From an uncultured Clostridia bacterium (GTDB lineage: Bacteria > Bacillota > Clostridia > Oscillospirales > CAG-382), in contig CANQTR010000004.1 of assembly GCA_947626805.1 (NCBI GenBank), positions 1-51,823 of the forward strand: a stretch of DNA of 51,823 nucleotides. Reading direction: 5' to 3'. A program made the position numbers and the translations under genes. How positions within the stretch are numbered: the stretch's first letter is position 1; each line of letters starts with the position of its first letter. The notes under the pieces are model-generated. The model was not told where the DNA came from. It saw only the letters and a program-made list of their open reading frames with translations, and did no database searches. This document shows, piece after piece, positions 9,501 to 18,700 of the stretch.

Positions 9501-10577
9501 TCACACACCGGGGAGGAACGGGCGGCGGGCATACGACGCGGCGCCGCCGTAGCACAGCCGCAACACATCGCGCACACGCGCGTCCGTCCGAAATGCCTCC
9601 GCGCGCCGTAGCGCCGCCGGGCGCGAAACGACCGGGACCGTCCGCTTCTTCGCGGTCCGGCGCAAGAATGCGCGCCCCTCGGCGTTCGCCGCGAGCAAAA
9701 GTCCGAACGGCACATCCCTTCCGGGCGCGTTCGGCGCGAACCCGAACAGCACCGCCCACGCCGCGCGCCGCACGCGGGACGCGGTGTACACCTTATTCGT
9801 GCAGCGTTTCACCAGCCCGTCGAAGTCGTTCTCGACCGCCGCGCACGCGACCAGCCGGGCGAACAGTTCGTCCGGAACCCCGTACTTTCCCGGTTCCGGG
9901 CGGTTCCGAAGGGCGGCGAGCGCCAATTTGCCCGCGTCCGCCGTCGCGCGCGGGAAGGACGGGTCCTGCCGTAACGCCGCCTCCGCCTCCGCCGGGATAG
10001 ACCCGGACGGGACGCCCCGTTTCCGCAAATCCGTCGAACTTGCGTAGCCCGGTTCGCGTTTCAGCACGTCGCACGGCAGACCGACCCGCGCCGCCGCACG
10101 CAAGTATTCGATGGCGAGGATATCGTTCGGCTTTTGCCGCGTCGCCCGTCCGAGCGCTTGTTCCAGCGCCGCCGGGTAGGACAGCGTTCCGTCCGCGCGA
10201 ATCATCGCTTGCGCCCGCGCTTCCGCACATTCCCGCGCCCGCGCCGCCGCACGCAATCCGTCCGCGTCGCTCTCCGCCGAAAACGCCAACACATCCACGC
10301 CGACCCCCTTCGCGAGCGACACCCCGCCGGACGCGAAATCCCTCGCCGACGCACAGCACCACGGCGCGGGCAGTTCCAAAACCAAATCCGCCCCGCACGC
10401 GACCGCCGCCCGCGCCCGCGCGTACACGTCCGCCACGGCGACCTCCCCCCGCTGGGTCAAATCCCCGCCGAGCAGGCACACGACGGTCCCGTACCGCTCC
10501 CGCAAGCGCTCCAACTGCCGCTTGTGCCCGAAATGGAACGGGTTGTACTCGCAAATCACCGCGCACGCTTTCGTCAT
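9501..10577 (-). CDS. tmcAL: tRNA(Met) cytidine acetate ligase / YlbM-family HIGH nucleotidyltransferase
   Basis: CEYNPFHFGH, TQRGE, RARAA-GADLVLELP, SARDFA, PNDILAIEY motifs; divergent from ackA. Confidence 0.88.
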   Translation of the reverse strand: MTKACAVICEYNPFHFGHKRQLERLRERYGTVVCLLGGDLTQRGEVAVADVYARARAAVACGADLVLELPAPWCCASARDFASGGVSLAKGVGVDVLAFSAESDADGLRAAARARECAEARAQAMIRADGTLSYPAALEQALGRATRQKPNDILAIEYLRAAARVGLPCDVLKREPGYASSTDLRKRGVPSGSIPAEAEAALRQDPSFPRATADAGKLALAALRNRPEPGKYGVPDELFARLVACAAVENDFDGLVKRCTNKVYTASRVRRAAWAVLFGFAPNAPGRDVPFGLLLAANAEGRAFLRRTAKKRTVPVVSRPAALRRAEAFRTDARVRDVLRLCYGGAASYARRPFLPGV

Positions 10578-10592
10578 TTCCCGAAAAACCCC

Positions 10593-10642
10593 TTGCATTT
10601 TTCTTTCAAACGTATTATAATAGATGTAGGAAAAAATGTCAA
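10593..10642. promoter_or_regulatory. Overlapping divergent sigma-A promoters for ackA (+) and tmcAL (-)
   Basis: + strand: TTGCAT 10593, 17 bp, TATAAT 10616. - strand: TTGACA 10642-10637, 17 bp, TATAAT 10619-10614. Confidence 0.75.
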
Positions 10643-10656
10643 GGAGATGTTTGGTT

Positions 10657-11859
10657 ATGTTTGTTCTCGTCGTCAACGCGGGGAGTTCCTCGCTGAAGTA
10701 TCAGCTGTTCGATATGGACCGCTCGGAAATGCTCGCGAAAGGGCTTTGCGAGCGAATCGGCACGGACGGTCTGTTCTCCCATCAAGTCCCCTCGAAGGGC
10801 GTCGAAATCAAGAAAATCGCCGCCCCCATGCCCACCCACGCGGACGCGGTCAGCCTGCTCGTCAAGTACCTGACCGACCCGGTCTACGGCTGTATCAGGG
10901 AGATGTCCGAAATCTCCGCCGTCGGGCACCGTATCGTTCACGGCGGTCCGTGGCTGATTGACTCGGTGCGAATCGACGGTCCCGACGGGAAGGTCCTGTC
11001 CGACCTTCGCAAGTGCGTCGACCTCGCCCCGCTCCACACGAAGGCGCATTTGCAGGGCATCGAGGGCTGTATGCAGGTCATGCCGGACGTTCCGCAAGTG
11101 CTGGTCATGGACACGGCGTTCCACCAGACGATGCCGAAGAAAGCGTATTTCTACCCACTTCCCTACGAGATTTGTGAAAAATACGCGATTCGCCGCTACG
11201 GGTTCCACGGCACCTCGCACCGCTACGTTTCCGGCAAGGCGCTCGAACTGCTCGGCAACCCGAACGCGAAAATCGTCACCTGCCACCTCGGCAACGGCTC
11301 GTCCATCTCGGCGGTCAACGCGGGCAAGTGCGTGGACACGTCGATGGGCTTCACGCCGCTCGACGGGGTCATCATGGGGTCGCGTTGCGGCGGTATCGAC
11401 CCGGCAATCGTGCCGTTCCTGATGGAAAAGGAGCATATCCCCGTGTCCGAAATGGGCGATTGGATGAACAAGAAGTGCGGGTTCCTCGGCGTGTCCGGCG
11501 TTTCGTCCGACTTGCGCGACGTCGGCGCGGCGGCGGAGGCGGGCGACGAGCGCGCGCGGCTCTCGCTGGACATTCTTGCCTACCAAATCAAGAAGTACGT
11601 CGGCGCTTACGCCGCCGCGATGAACGGGCTGGACGCCGTCGTGTTCACGGCGGGTATCGGCGAAAACAACCCGGATATCCGCCGCGAATCCATGGCGGAC
11701 ATGGAGTTCCTCGGCATCCGTATCGACCCGGTCCGCAACGCCGACCGTTCCGCGACCCGTATCAGCGCCGACGACAGCCGCGTGCAGGTGTTCGTCATCC
11801 CGACGAACGAGGAGCTGGTCATCGCGTCCGACACGCTTCGAATCTCGCAACAAAAATAG
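10657..11859 (+). CDS. ackA: Acetate kinase
   Basis: VNAGSSSLK, GHRIVHGG, DTAFHQT, YGFHGTSH, HLGNGSS, TNEE motifs. Confidence 0.97.
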   Translation: MFVLVVNAGSSSLKYQLFDMDRSEMLAKGLCERIGTDGLFSHQVPSKGVEIKKIAAPMPTHADAVSLLVKYLTDPVYGCIREMSEISAVGHRIVHGGPWLIDSVRIDGPDGKVLSDLRKCVDLAPLHTKAHLQGIEGCMQVMPDVPQVLVMDTAFHQTMPKKAYFYPLPYEICEKYAIRRYGFHGTSHRYVSGKALELLGNPNAKIVTCHLGNGSSISAVNAGKCVDTSMGFTPLDGVIMGSRCGGIDPAIVPFLMEKEHIPVSEMGDWMNKKCGFLGVSGVSSDLRDVGAAAEAGDERARLSLDILAYQIKKYVGAYAAAMNGLDAVVFTAGIGENNPDIRRESMADMEFLGIRIDPVRNADRSATRISADDSRVQVFVIPTNEELVIASDTLRISQQK

Positions 11860-11882
11860 CATTGAAAGGGAGTCTATCCCCC

Positions 11883-13259
11883 ATGAAAACCTATGATGTG
11901 GTTATCGTCGGCGCCGGTCCGGGCGGGATTTACGCCGCCTACGAACTGCAGGAGCGCGCCCCGCAACTGAAGGTCGCCGTGCTGGAAGCCGGGCACCCGC
12001 TCGAGCGGCGCAAATGCCCAATCGACGGGAAAACCGTCCTCTCTTGCGTCAACTGCCCGCGTTGCTCAATCATGAGCGGCTTCGGCGGGGCGGGCGCGTT
12101 CTCGGACGGCAAGTACAACATCACCAACGACTTCGGCGGCACGCTCCACGAGCGCATCGGCAAGCGCACCGCTCTCGAACTCATGCGCTACGTCGACAGC
12201 GTCAACCTCGAAAACGGCGGGGCGGGCTGCAAGCTCTATTCGACCGCCGGGAGCCGGTTCCAAAAGCTCTGCCTGCAAAACCGGCTCAAACTGCTGGAGG
12301 CGTCCGTCCGGCACCTCGGCACGGACGTCAACGCGGTCGTTTTGCGCAATCTCTACGACCGGCTCAAGGATTGGGCGGACTTCTATTTCGACACGCCGGT
12401 GCGGCATATTCGTCTTGACGGCGATGGATTCGTGGCGGAATGTGACGGCGAGTCGTTCGCGTGCGCGAAGTGCGTAGCGTCGGTCGGGCGGAGCGGGAGC
12501 AAGTGGATGGAAACGGTTTGCGCGGAATTGGGCATCGGGACGAAGTCCAACCGGGTGGACCTCGGCGTCCGCGTGGAGTTGCCCGCCGTCGTGTTCGAGC
12601 ACCTGACGGACGAGCTGTACGAGAGCAAAATCGTCTACCGGACCGAAAAATTCGAGGACAACGTCCGCACGTTCTGCATGAATCCGCACGGAATCGTCGT
12701 CGAGGAGAACACGAACGGCATCGTCACGGTCAACGGGCACAGCTACGAGGACCCGGCGCTGCAGACCCAGAACACCAACTTCGCACTCCTGGTGTCCAAG
12801 CACTTCTCCGAGCCCTTCAAGGACAGCAACGGCTACGGCGAAAGCATCGCGCGGCTGTCGAACATGCTCGGCGGCGGGGTCATGGTCCAGCGGTTCGGCG
12901 ACCTCACGCGCGGCAGGCGGAGCACCGTGCAGCGCATCGAGGAGGGGTTGGTCGTTCCGACCCTGTCCGCCACGCCCGGCGACCTCAGTCTCGTTTTGCC
13001 CAAGCGGATTCTCGACGGCGTCATCGAGATGATTTCCGCGCTCGACCGCATCGCGCCGGGGACCGCCAACGACGATACCCTGCTCTACGGCGTCGAGGTC
13101 AAGTTCTACAACATGGAGGTCGAACTGTCCGACCGACTCGAAACCTGCCACCCCGGGCTGTTCGTCATCGGCGACGGCAGCGGTATCACCCATTCCCTGT
13201 CCCACGCGTCCGCCAGCGGCGTGTTCGTCGCCCGCGAAATCGCGGAAAGCGTTTCGTAG
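11883..13259 (+). CDS. FAD-dependent oxidoreductase (COG2509-like)
   Basis: VIVGAGPGG dinucleotide motif, GFGGAGAFSDGK, VRTFCMNP, YGVEVKFY, GDGSG. Confidence 0.88.
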   Translation: MKTYDVVIVGAGPGGIYAAYELQERAPQLKVAVLEAGHPLERRKCPIDGKTVLSCVNCPRCSIMSGFGGAGAFSDGKYNITNDFGGTLHERIGKRTALELMRYVDSVNLENGGAGCKLYSTAGSRFQKLCLQNRLKLLEASVRHLGTDVNAVVLRNLYDRLKDWADFYFDTPVRHIRLDGDGFVAECDGESFACAKCVASVGRSGSKWMETVCAELGIGTKSNRVDLGVRVELPAVVFEHLTDELYESKIVYRTEKFEDNVRTFCMNPHGIVVEENTNGIVTVNGHSYEDPALQTQNTNFALLVSKHFSEPFKDSNGYGESIARLSNMLGGGVMVQRFGDLTRGRRSTVQRIEEGLVVPTLSATPGDLSLVLPKRILDGVIEMISALDRIAPGTANDDTLLYGVEVKFYNMEVELSDRLETCHPGLFVIGDGSGITHSLSHASASGVFVAREIAESVS

Positions 13260-13914
13260 GGGTACGAAGAGTACGGTGGGGGTAGTAACTACCCCCACAC
13301 CCCCGTAGCGCGAAGTCAACTGTCGTTGACTTCGGGGGATAAAATTTTTGAACGCGTCGGCTGGAATTTGCGCCTTCCCACAAAAAAGCCGTCACCCCCA
13401 AGGTCTGTAGGTTGCTATCGCAATTCGCAAAAGTCACGGACTTTTGCGAACGCCGAAGTTTCCCCTTGCGGCTCAACCGCGAGCCGCATTTTCGCCCTGC
13501 GCGTTGCGCTGGGCGAAAACCGTGGAAATTCGAGCTGGCGCCCCCAATTTTCGTTATTAGCTTGAAACAAACAAAAATTCCGGCGGACAGCAGTCCGTCG
13601 GAATCTTTTACGCAATTTGGGTGCGAGCGAGGGCGGCTTGCAGGCAAGCCGCCGGAGCCGGTGAACACCGGGTCGCGAAGGCAAAATCGAGAGAGCACCG
13701 AACGAAAACCCCGAGGCGGGGCGGTAAAAAACCCGGGCGAGCAAGCACCGCACGCAAACCCGAGGCAGGGAGGCGGAATTTTATCTAAAAACCCCTCGAA
13801 TTTACCGGCGTAGCCGGGAAATTCGCGCTACGGGGGGTGTGGGGGGGACGAGTTCCCCCACCGTACCCCTCGTACCCCTCCGTACCCTCGTACCCCTCCG
13901 TACCCGCGTACCCC
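13256..13914. repeat. Composite REP-like element (family X) with inverted ends, between convergent genes
   Basis: Left GTACGGTGGGGG..CCCCCACACCCCCGTAGCGCGAA and its inverse at 13821-13866; core shared with ~29504-29551. Confidence 0.85.
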
Positions 13915-14643
13915 TCAAAACAACCCCTTCAAAAACGACGTGATTTCGTCGTACCAGTACACGAACGGGACAATCAAGGCAACGGAAAGGACGCAAACGG
14001 CGGCGAGGACGGCAAATTGCGTTTTGGTGTAGGACAGCGCGGCGCCGTCCGGCAGGGCGCCCATCTGGTGCAAGGGGTGGCGAAGGGCGCGTAGGAGCGC
14101 GCAAATGACGAACACCTCCAGCGGGAGGAGGAGCAGGTTCTTCGCGCCGGAAAGCGTGGCGAGGTAGCCGAACATTCCGAAGTTGCCGCCGTAGCGGAGC
14201 AAAACGTTCCAAACCGAACCGAGCAGGACGTTGCAAAAGACGTTGATGATCCCCTTCGCGAGCAGGACGCGCGTGAAGCTGGGCTTGGCGCGGTAGAGAA
14301 AGAGGGCGTAGACGAGCGCGGTGAGGACGGCGGTCAGGGTGTAACCGGGAAAAAACGGGTCCGGCGAGAGCGCAATCCCCACGAGGTCGACGAGCAGGGC
14401 GCAAGGAATCGCCATGACCGGTCCGGTTATCATCGAGCAGAGCGCGACGACCGGGAACGAGAACATGACCCGTAGGTTGTTGGACAGCACGGGAATGTAG
14501 ATACGCTCGAGCGCGATGGCGAGCGCGCAAAGCAGCGCCGCCGTGACGAGGGAACGGAGCCGCGTCATTTCGGTCGCCGCCTGCCGCCAATAGGCGCGGG
14601 AGAACGGGTGCGGGAAGGTTTGCGGTTCGACGGTTTTTTGCAT
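13915..14643 (-). CDS. folT: Folate ECF transporter S component
   Basis: Hydrophobic protein with FFPGYTL motif; THF riboswitch upstream; SD AGGAGG. Confidence 0.88.
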   Translation of the reverse strand: MQKTVEPQTFPHPFSRAYWRQAATEMTRLRSLVTAALLCALAIALERIYIPVLSNNLRVMFSFPVVALCSMITGPVMAIPCALLVDLVGIALSPDPFFPGYTLTAVLTALVYALFLYRAKPSFTRVLLAKGIINVFCNVLLGSVWNVLLRYGGNFGMFGYLATLSGAKNLLLLPLEVFVICALLRALRHPLHQMGALPDGAALSYTKTQFAVLAAVCVLSVALIVPFVYWYDEITSFLKGLF

Positions 14644-14716
14644 ACAAAAATGCCTCCTTTCCGTACAGAACTCCTGCAAGAAAAGAGACAAAAAACACAT
14701 TGCCCCGTGGATTTTT

Positions 14717-14815
14717 TCAGCGGGATGCGGCGAACGCACCGCGGGGCGGCAACCCCTTCGTCCGAAAGACAACTCCCCGTCCTTCCGGCACTGTACGCGC
14801 GAACGCCTACTCTGT
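14717..14815 (-). ncRNA. THF riboswitch
   Basis: ACAGAGTAGG..GCGTACAGTG..GGACGGGGAGTTG..ACGAA..GCGG..CCGCATCCCGCTG upstream of folT. Confidence 0.88.
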
Positions 14816-14825
14816 AGGTAGGGTC

Positions 14826-14854
14826 AGTATAGCACAGTTCCGGGCGGATTGCAA
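14826..14854 (-). promoter_or_regulatory. Sigma-A promoter of THF riboswitch-folT
   Basis: TTGCAA-17-TATACT with TG extension. Confidence 0.7.
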
Positions 14855-14879
14855 GAGAAAACCGCAAAAAACGGCGTTT

Positions 14880-15383
14880 TCACGAAAAGCGAACCGATTC
14901 GGGAAGGATTTTCCACGCATCGCACAGGCGCGGGAGGGTCCACGCGGCGTTCGCCGGGCTGGTCGAGGGCAGGCAGACGGCGGGAACGCCGGTGCGCGGC
15001 AGGATATACCGCCGGTAGCACGCGTCGGACGCTTTGCCGTTGGTAAAGACGCGCAAACCCGGACAGGCGGCGAAGAGCGGGGACAGGTCGTTCGGGCGTG
15101 CGTCGCGGATGCTGCTGTCGGCGCTCCCGCGCAATTCGCAAGACGCGACGGAATCCCAGAGCGCGACGCGGTTGCGGAGCAGGAAGGCGGTCTTTTCTTC
15201 CCGCGTCAGGGGGAGCGGCTCGTCGAACAGGTGCGAAAGGACCTTCCAAAAGCGGTTTTGCGGGTGGGCGTAGTAAAAGTTTTCCTCCCGCGAGCGGACG
15301 GACGGGAACGAGCCGAGGACCAGTGCGCGGGAATGTTCGTCGTAGACGGGCGGAAAGGGGTGCGTGACGCGGACGGGGTCCAT
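14880..15383 (-). CDS. DNA-deoxyinosine glycosylase (UDG superfamily)
   Basis: LVLGSFPS, YYAHPQNRFW, GSADSSI, LPSTSPANA motifs. Confidence 0.9.
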   Translation of the reverse strand: MDPVRVTHPFPPVYDEHSRALVLGSFPSVRSREENFYYAHPQNRFWKVLSHLFDEPLPLTREEKTAFLLRNRVALWDSVASCELRGSADSSIRDARPNDLSPLFAACPGLRVFTNGKASDACYRRYILPRTGVPAVCLPSTSPANAAWTLPRLCDAWKILPESVRFS

Positions 15384-15643
15384 GGGCGTTGCTCCTTGAA
15401 GAAAAATGAGGTAAAAATACGCAAAAATACAATAAAAATATCGTTTCGGAGGCGGACATGAGCCGACTCCGAAACCCCTTAAGAGAAAAACGGCGAAGGC
15501 GGCGTCAGAAGTGGCGCAAGCCGAGCCGTTTTTTGACGTGCCGACAATGTCGGCACGTCCTGAAAGGGGGTATTTGGGGGAGAAACGCAGAGCGAGACAA
15601 CGCGTAGCGGTGGCGACGCGATTGTGGTTCTCCCCCGAAATAT

Positions 15644-18600
15644 TTACCCGACCGTGAATGTGACGGTGCAGGGGGACGACTCGCCGAGGTAGTGGTTGTA
15701 GGTATAGGTGAAGCTGTCCTCGCCGGTGTAGCCCTTGTCCGGGAAGTAGGCGAACTGCCCGTCGAGCGTCAGGGTGATACTGCCGTGCGCGGTCGAGCCG
15801 ACGAGCGTGTACAGGGCGGGCGCGCCGTCGCCGTCGGGGACGAGGGTCCCGCGGGTGACGGAATCGGCGGACGCGGAAAGGCGAAGTTCCTCGCGGTCGT
15901 CGGGGGTGATGTCGAGGTCCTGCTTGGTGAAGTGGTAGGTCGCGTCGTACTGCATACGGCAGAGCGGGGAATCGCTGTACGCAAGCGCGGCGTAGTTGTT
16001 GACGTCGTCGTAGTAGACGTGAATCGCTTCGTCGTAGCCGGTCAGCACGCCGTAGTGGAGGTACTGCATATACTGCCGGGCGTAGCGCGAATCGGAGAGC
16101 GCGTAGAAGGTGTGCTCGATTTCCACGCACATGCCCATCGCCTTGGTGCGGTCCGCCGTGACGGGCAGACGGTAGAGCGGGCGGTCAAGCTGGAAGACGT
16201 AGTTGGGCTGCATACAGACCATGTCGAACCCCAGCTCGTAGCCGAGGAAGTAGCGGTTGGCGGTGTAGTACGGGACCCAGAGGAACGGCATATCCACGGC
16301 GTGGACGTATTCGGAGACCTCCTTGATAAGGTCCGCGTCGTCCCGTTCCCAGATGACGCACTCGCTGACCCAGTAGAACCCGTTGAGTTCGATGTTTTCG
16401 TACCCGCGGGACGCGAATTCGTCGATACAGCGGTTCAGGTACCAGTCGAAAATCTTCGCGCGCCCCTCCGGGGTTGCCATGGATTCGCTCACGCCGTCCC
16501 CGTCGACGTCGCCGAAGTCCGTGACGTCCGGGTGGGGGTAGAGAATGGTGCAGTAGACGTAAACCTTGTAATCCGGCTTGTTGAGGGCGGACTTGACCTG
16601 CCCGACGACCTCGTCGAGCTTGTCGAGACCGGTGACCCCGTTGAAGGTGTTGTCAAAGAGGAAGTCCCAGTCCACCTTCTTGGTGGTTTCGTGGGCGCCG
16701 ACGCCGGACGGGAGCGCGCCGGTCGGGCAGTAGAGGAAGCCGTCCATGAACGTATCGACGATGTTGCCCTGCTCGTCGAGGTAGGCGACGAAGGGCAGGA
16801 GGGTGTTCTCGTCCCCCTTTTCGCCGTAGACGATGGCGATGTCCTTCGCCTTGACCGGGGTGTTCTCTGTCGTCGCGTAGGATTCGGTTTCGTCCGCCGC
16901 GTAGTAGAGCACCGGGTCGACGCCGAGGTCGGCAAGGCGCGTCGCGCCGTCCGCGACTTCCTTCGTGCCGATTGCCTCGAGCTCGTTGAGGAAGAGCATG
17001 GCGGATTCGATACGGAACCGCACGAACCGCGCCGCGACGGGGGACGCGGGCGTCAGGTCAAACTCCATTTGCGTCGCGCCGGGGTTGTAGGTCACGTTCG
17101 CTTCGCGGTCGTAATGCGCGACCGGGTACCAATGCACGGCGTCCTCGGAGAGGAAGGCGGTCATGTGGCTCGGGCGGGAAATGCCCCATTCGGACTGCTC
17201 AAGCAGGTAGACGCGCAGGTTTTCGACCGTCGAGAGCTTGCCGAGGTCGTAGAAGATGTTCAGCGCGCCGCCGCCGCGGTGGAAGAACCAGCCGTCGGAA
17301 TAGCAGTAAAGGTCGTCGGTGACGTCGCCGTCGGTCAGGACCGGCGAATCGGCGGGGGTCTCGCCGGACTGCCCCTTCGTGTGGGCGGTCGCGGTGTCCT
17401 CGTAGAAGGAGGCCGCCATCTGCTGGGGCAGACCGAGCAGGAGGTTCTGGCTGGTGCGGTAGTCGGGTTCACTGCTGTCCCAGCGCAATTCTTCGGTCAC
17501 GGTCGGGAAGGAGACAGCGGGGTAGAATTCGCTCTCCGTTTCGCCCGTCCCCGCGAGCACTTCCGCCTCTTCCACCCACCAGTAGCCGTCGGGTTCGCCG
17601 GTGAAGGCGTAACGGATATAGCGGGCGCGAATGTATTCCGGCAGGAGCAGGGTGTAGGCGTAGTTGTCCCCGGCGGGCGGGGCGTACATGCGACCGAGCA
17701 GGGTGTAGTTTTCCCCGTCCTCGGACGCGTAGACGTCCACCGCGTCCGGGTAGACCACGTTCAACCCGGCGCCGAGCGCGTGCAGGCGGAACGCGAACAG
17801 GTCGTCGCGCGTCTTGCCGAGGTCCAGCGTCAGCGTCGCCGTTTCGCCTTCCTTCGGGCGGAACCCGACCCAGACGGATTCGCCGAACAGCCGTCCCGTC
17901 GGTTCCCCGTCGACCAGCGTCGTGTCCGCGAACGGGGCGCGTTCGTCGGTTTCGCACCCGTCGAGCGAGCAGGGCGCGAGCAGGGCGACGTTCTCCGACG
18001 GCTCCGAACCGACCGTTTTGCCGGTCGAGAGGGCTTGCCACGCCGTGCGGTCGACGGATTCGTTCTGATAGGCGAGGGCGACCGTGTCGGTCTTTTCGGG
18101 TTCCGGCACGTCGGCGTAGACTTCAATCTCGTCGAGGAAGAAGAATCCGCCGCCGACGCCCATGGTCACCATGACGCGGACGTAGCGGTAGTCCACCGGC
18201 TCGTCGAGGTCGAGGCTGCAGGACCCGACGGTCTGCACGCCGTTCGATGTAAAGGTCTTGATGCCGAGGCGGACCCATTCCTCGCCGTCTGTCGAGCCGT
18301 AGAAGGACGCGCCGCGCGCGAGGCGGACGCCGTCCCGGTCAAAATCGAGCGAACGGACGCGGAAACCGGTCAGCCGCTTGCCGTCGTCGCCGAGGTCGAT
18401 GTCGAACCGCGTGGTCGTCGTGTAGCCGACCATGCGGACGTCCCGGTATTCGGCGGCGATGTCCGGGGCTTTCTGCCCGTCGGTCAATTGCTGTCCGTAC
18501 ACGTCGGGATAGGTCGCGTTCGCTTCGGTGGACGCCTTGTAGGGCTTGCCGACGCTGACGAGCGTCTTGCGAAGTCCGCCGGACGGGTTCGAGCCGTCCG

Positions 18601-18700
18601 AAGCGTCGTCGGACGAGGTGTCGCCGGGCGAACCGCCGCAAGCGGTGAACAGGAGCGCGCCGGTCAACAGGAGCAGTAGGAATTTCGCGAAGTGTTTCAT
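15644..18700 (-). CDS. Large lipoprotein: discoidin/F5-8-like repeats, DUF4855 domain, C-terminal Ig-like domain
   Basis: Lipobox LFTAC; repeated DLG..RYVR modules; PFVAYLD..FMDGFLY..GFYW..WVPYY..GFD..MQPNY; YTGEDSFTY tail. Confidence 0.8.
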   Translation of the reverse strand: MKHFAKFLLLLLTGALLFTACGGSPGDTSSDDASDGSNPSGGLRKTLVSVGKPYKASTEANATYPDVYGQQLTDGQKAPDIAAEYRDVRMVGYTTTTRFDIDLGDDGKRLTGFRVRSLDFDRDGVRLARGASFYGSTDGEEWVRLGIKTFTSNGVQTVGSCSLDLDEPVDYRYVRVMVTMGVGGGFFFLDEIEVYADVPEPEKTDTVALAYQNESVDRTAWQALSTGKTVGSEPSENVALLAPCSLDGCETDERAPFADTTLVDGEPTGRLFGESVWVGFRPKEGETATLTLDLGKTRDDLFAFRLHALGAGLNVVYPDAVDVYASEDGENYTLLGRMYAPPAGDNYAYTLLLPEYIRARYIRYAFTGEPDGYWWVEEAEVLAGTGETESEFYPAVSFPTVTEELRWDSSEPDYRTSQNLLLGLPQQMAASFYEDTATAHTKGQSGETPADSPVLTDGDVTDDLYCYSDGWFFHRGGGALNIFYDLGKLSTVENLRVYLLEQSEWGISRPSHMTAFLSEDAVHWYPVAHYDREANVTYNPGATQMEFDLTPASPVAARFVRFRIESAMLFLNELEAIGTKEVADGATRLADLGVDPVLYYAADETESYATTENTPVKAKDIAIVYGEKGDENTLLPFVAYLDEQGNIVDTFMDGFLYCPTGALPSGVGAHETTKKVDWDFLFDNTFNGVTGLDKLDEVVGQVKSALNKPDYKVYVYCTILYPHPDVTDFGDVDGDGVSESMATPEGRAKIFDWYLNRCIDEFASRGYENIELNGFYWVSECVIWERDDADLIKEVSEYVHAVDMPFLWVPYYTANRYFLGYELGFDMVCMQPNYVFQLDRPLYRLPVTADRTKAMGMCVEIEHTFYALSDSRYARQYMQYLHYGVLTGYDEAIHVYYDDVNNYAALAYSDSPLCRMQYDATYHFTKQDLDITPDDREELRLSASADSVTRGTLVPDGDGAPALYTLVGSTAHGSITLTLDGQFAYFPDKGYTGEDSFTYTYNHYLGESSPCTVTFTVG

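Noticed and set aside
6840-9768. Diversity-generating retroelement TR/VR pair
   Set aside because: No reverse transcriptase in the window; differences are mostly synonymous and not confined to adenine positions.
13256-13914. Autonomous IS element
   Set aside because: No transposase ORF and no clear target-site duplication.
15692-18679. Long antisense ORFs (also 1864..3519, 4971..6521, 10639..11862, 29965..31200, 33297..35216)
   Set aside because: Shadow frames of high-GC genes on the opposite strand; no motifs or SD sequences.
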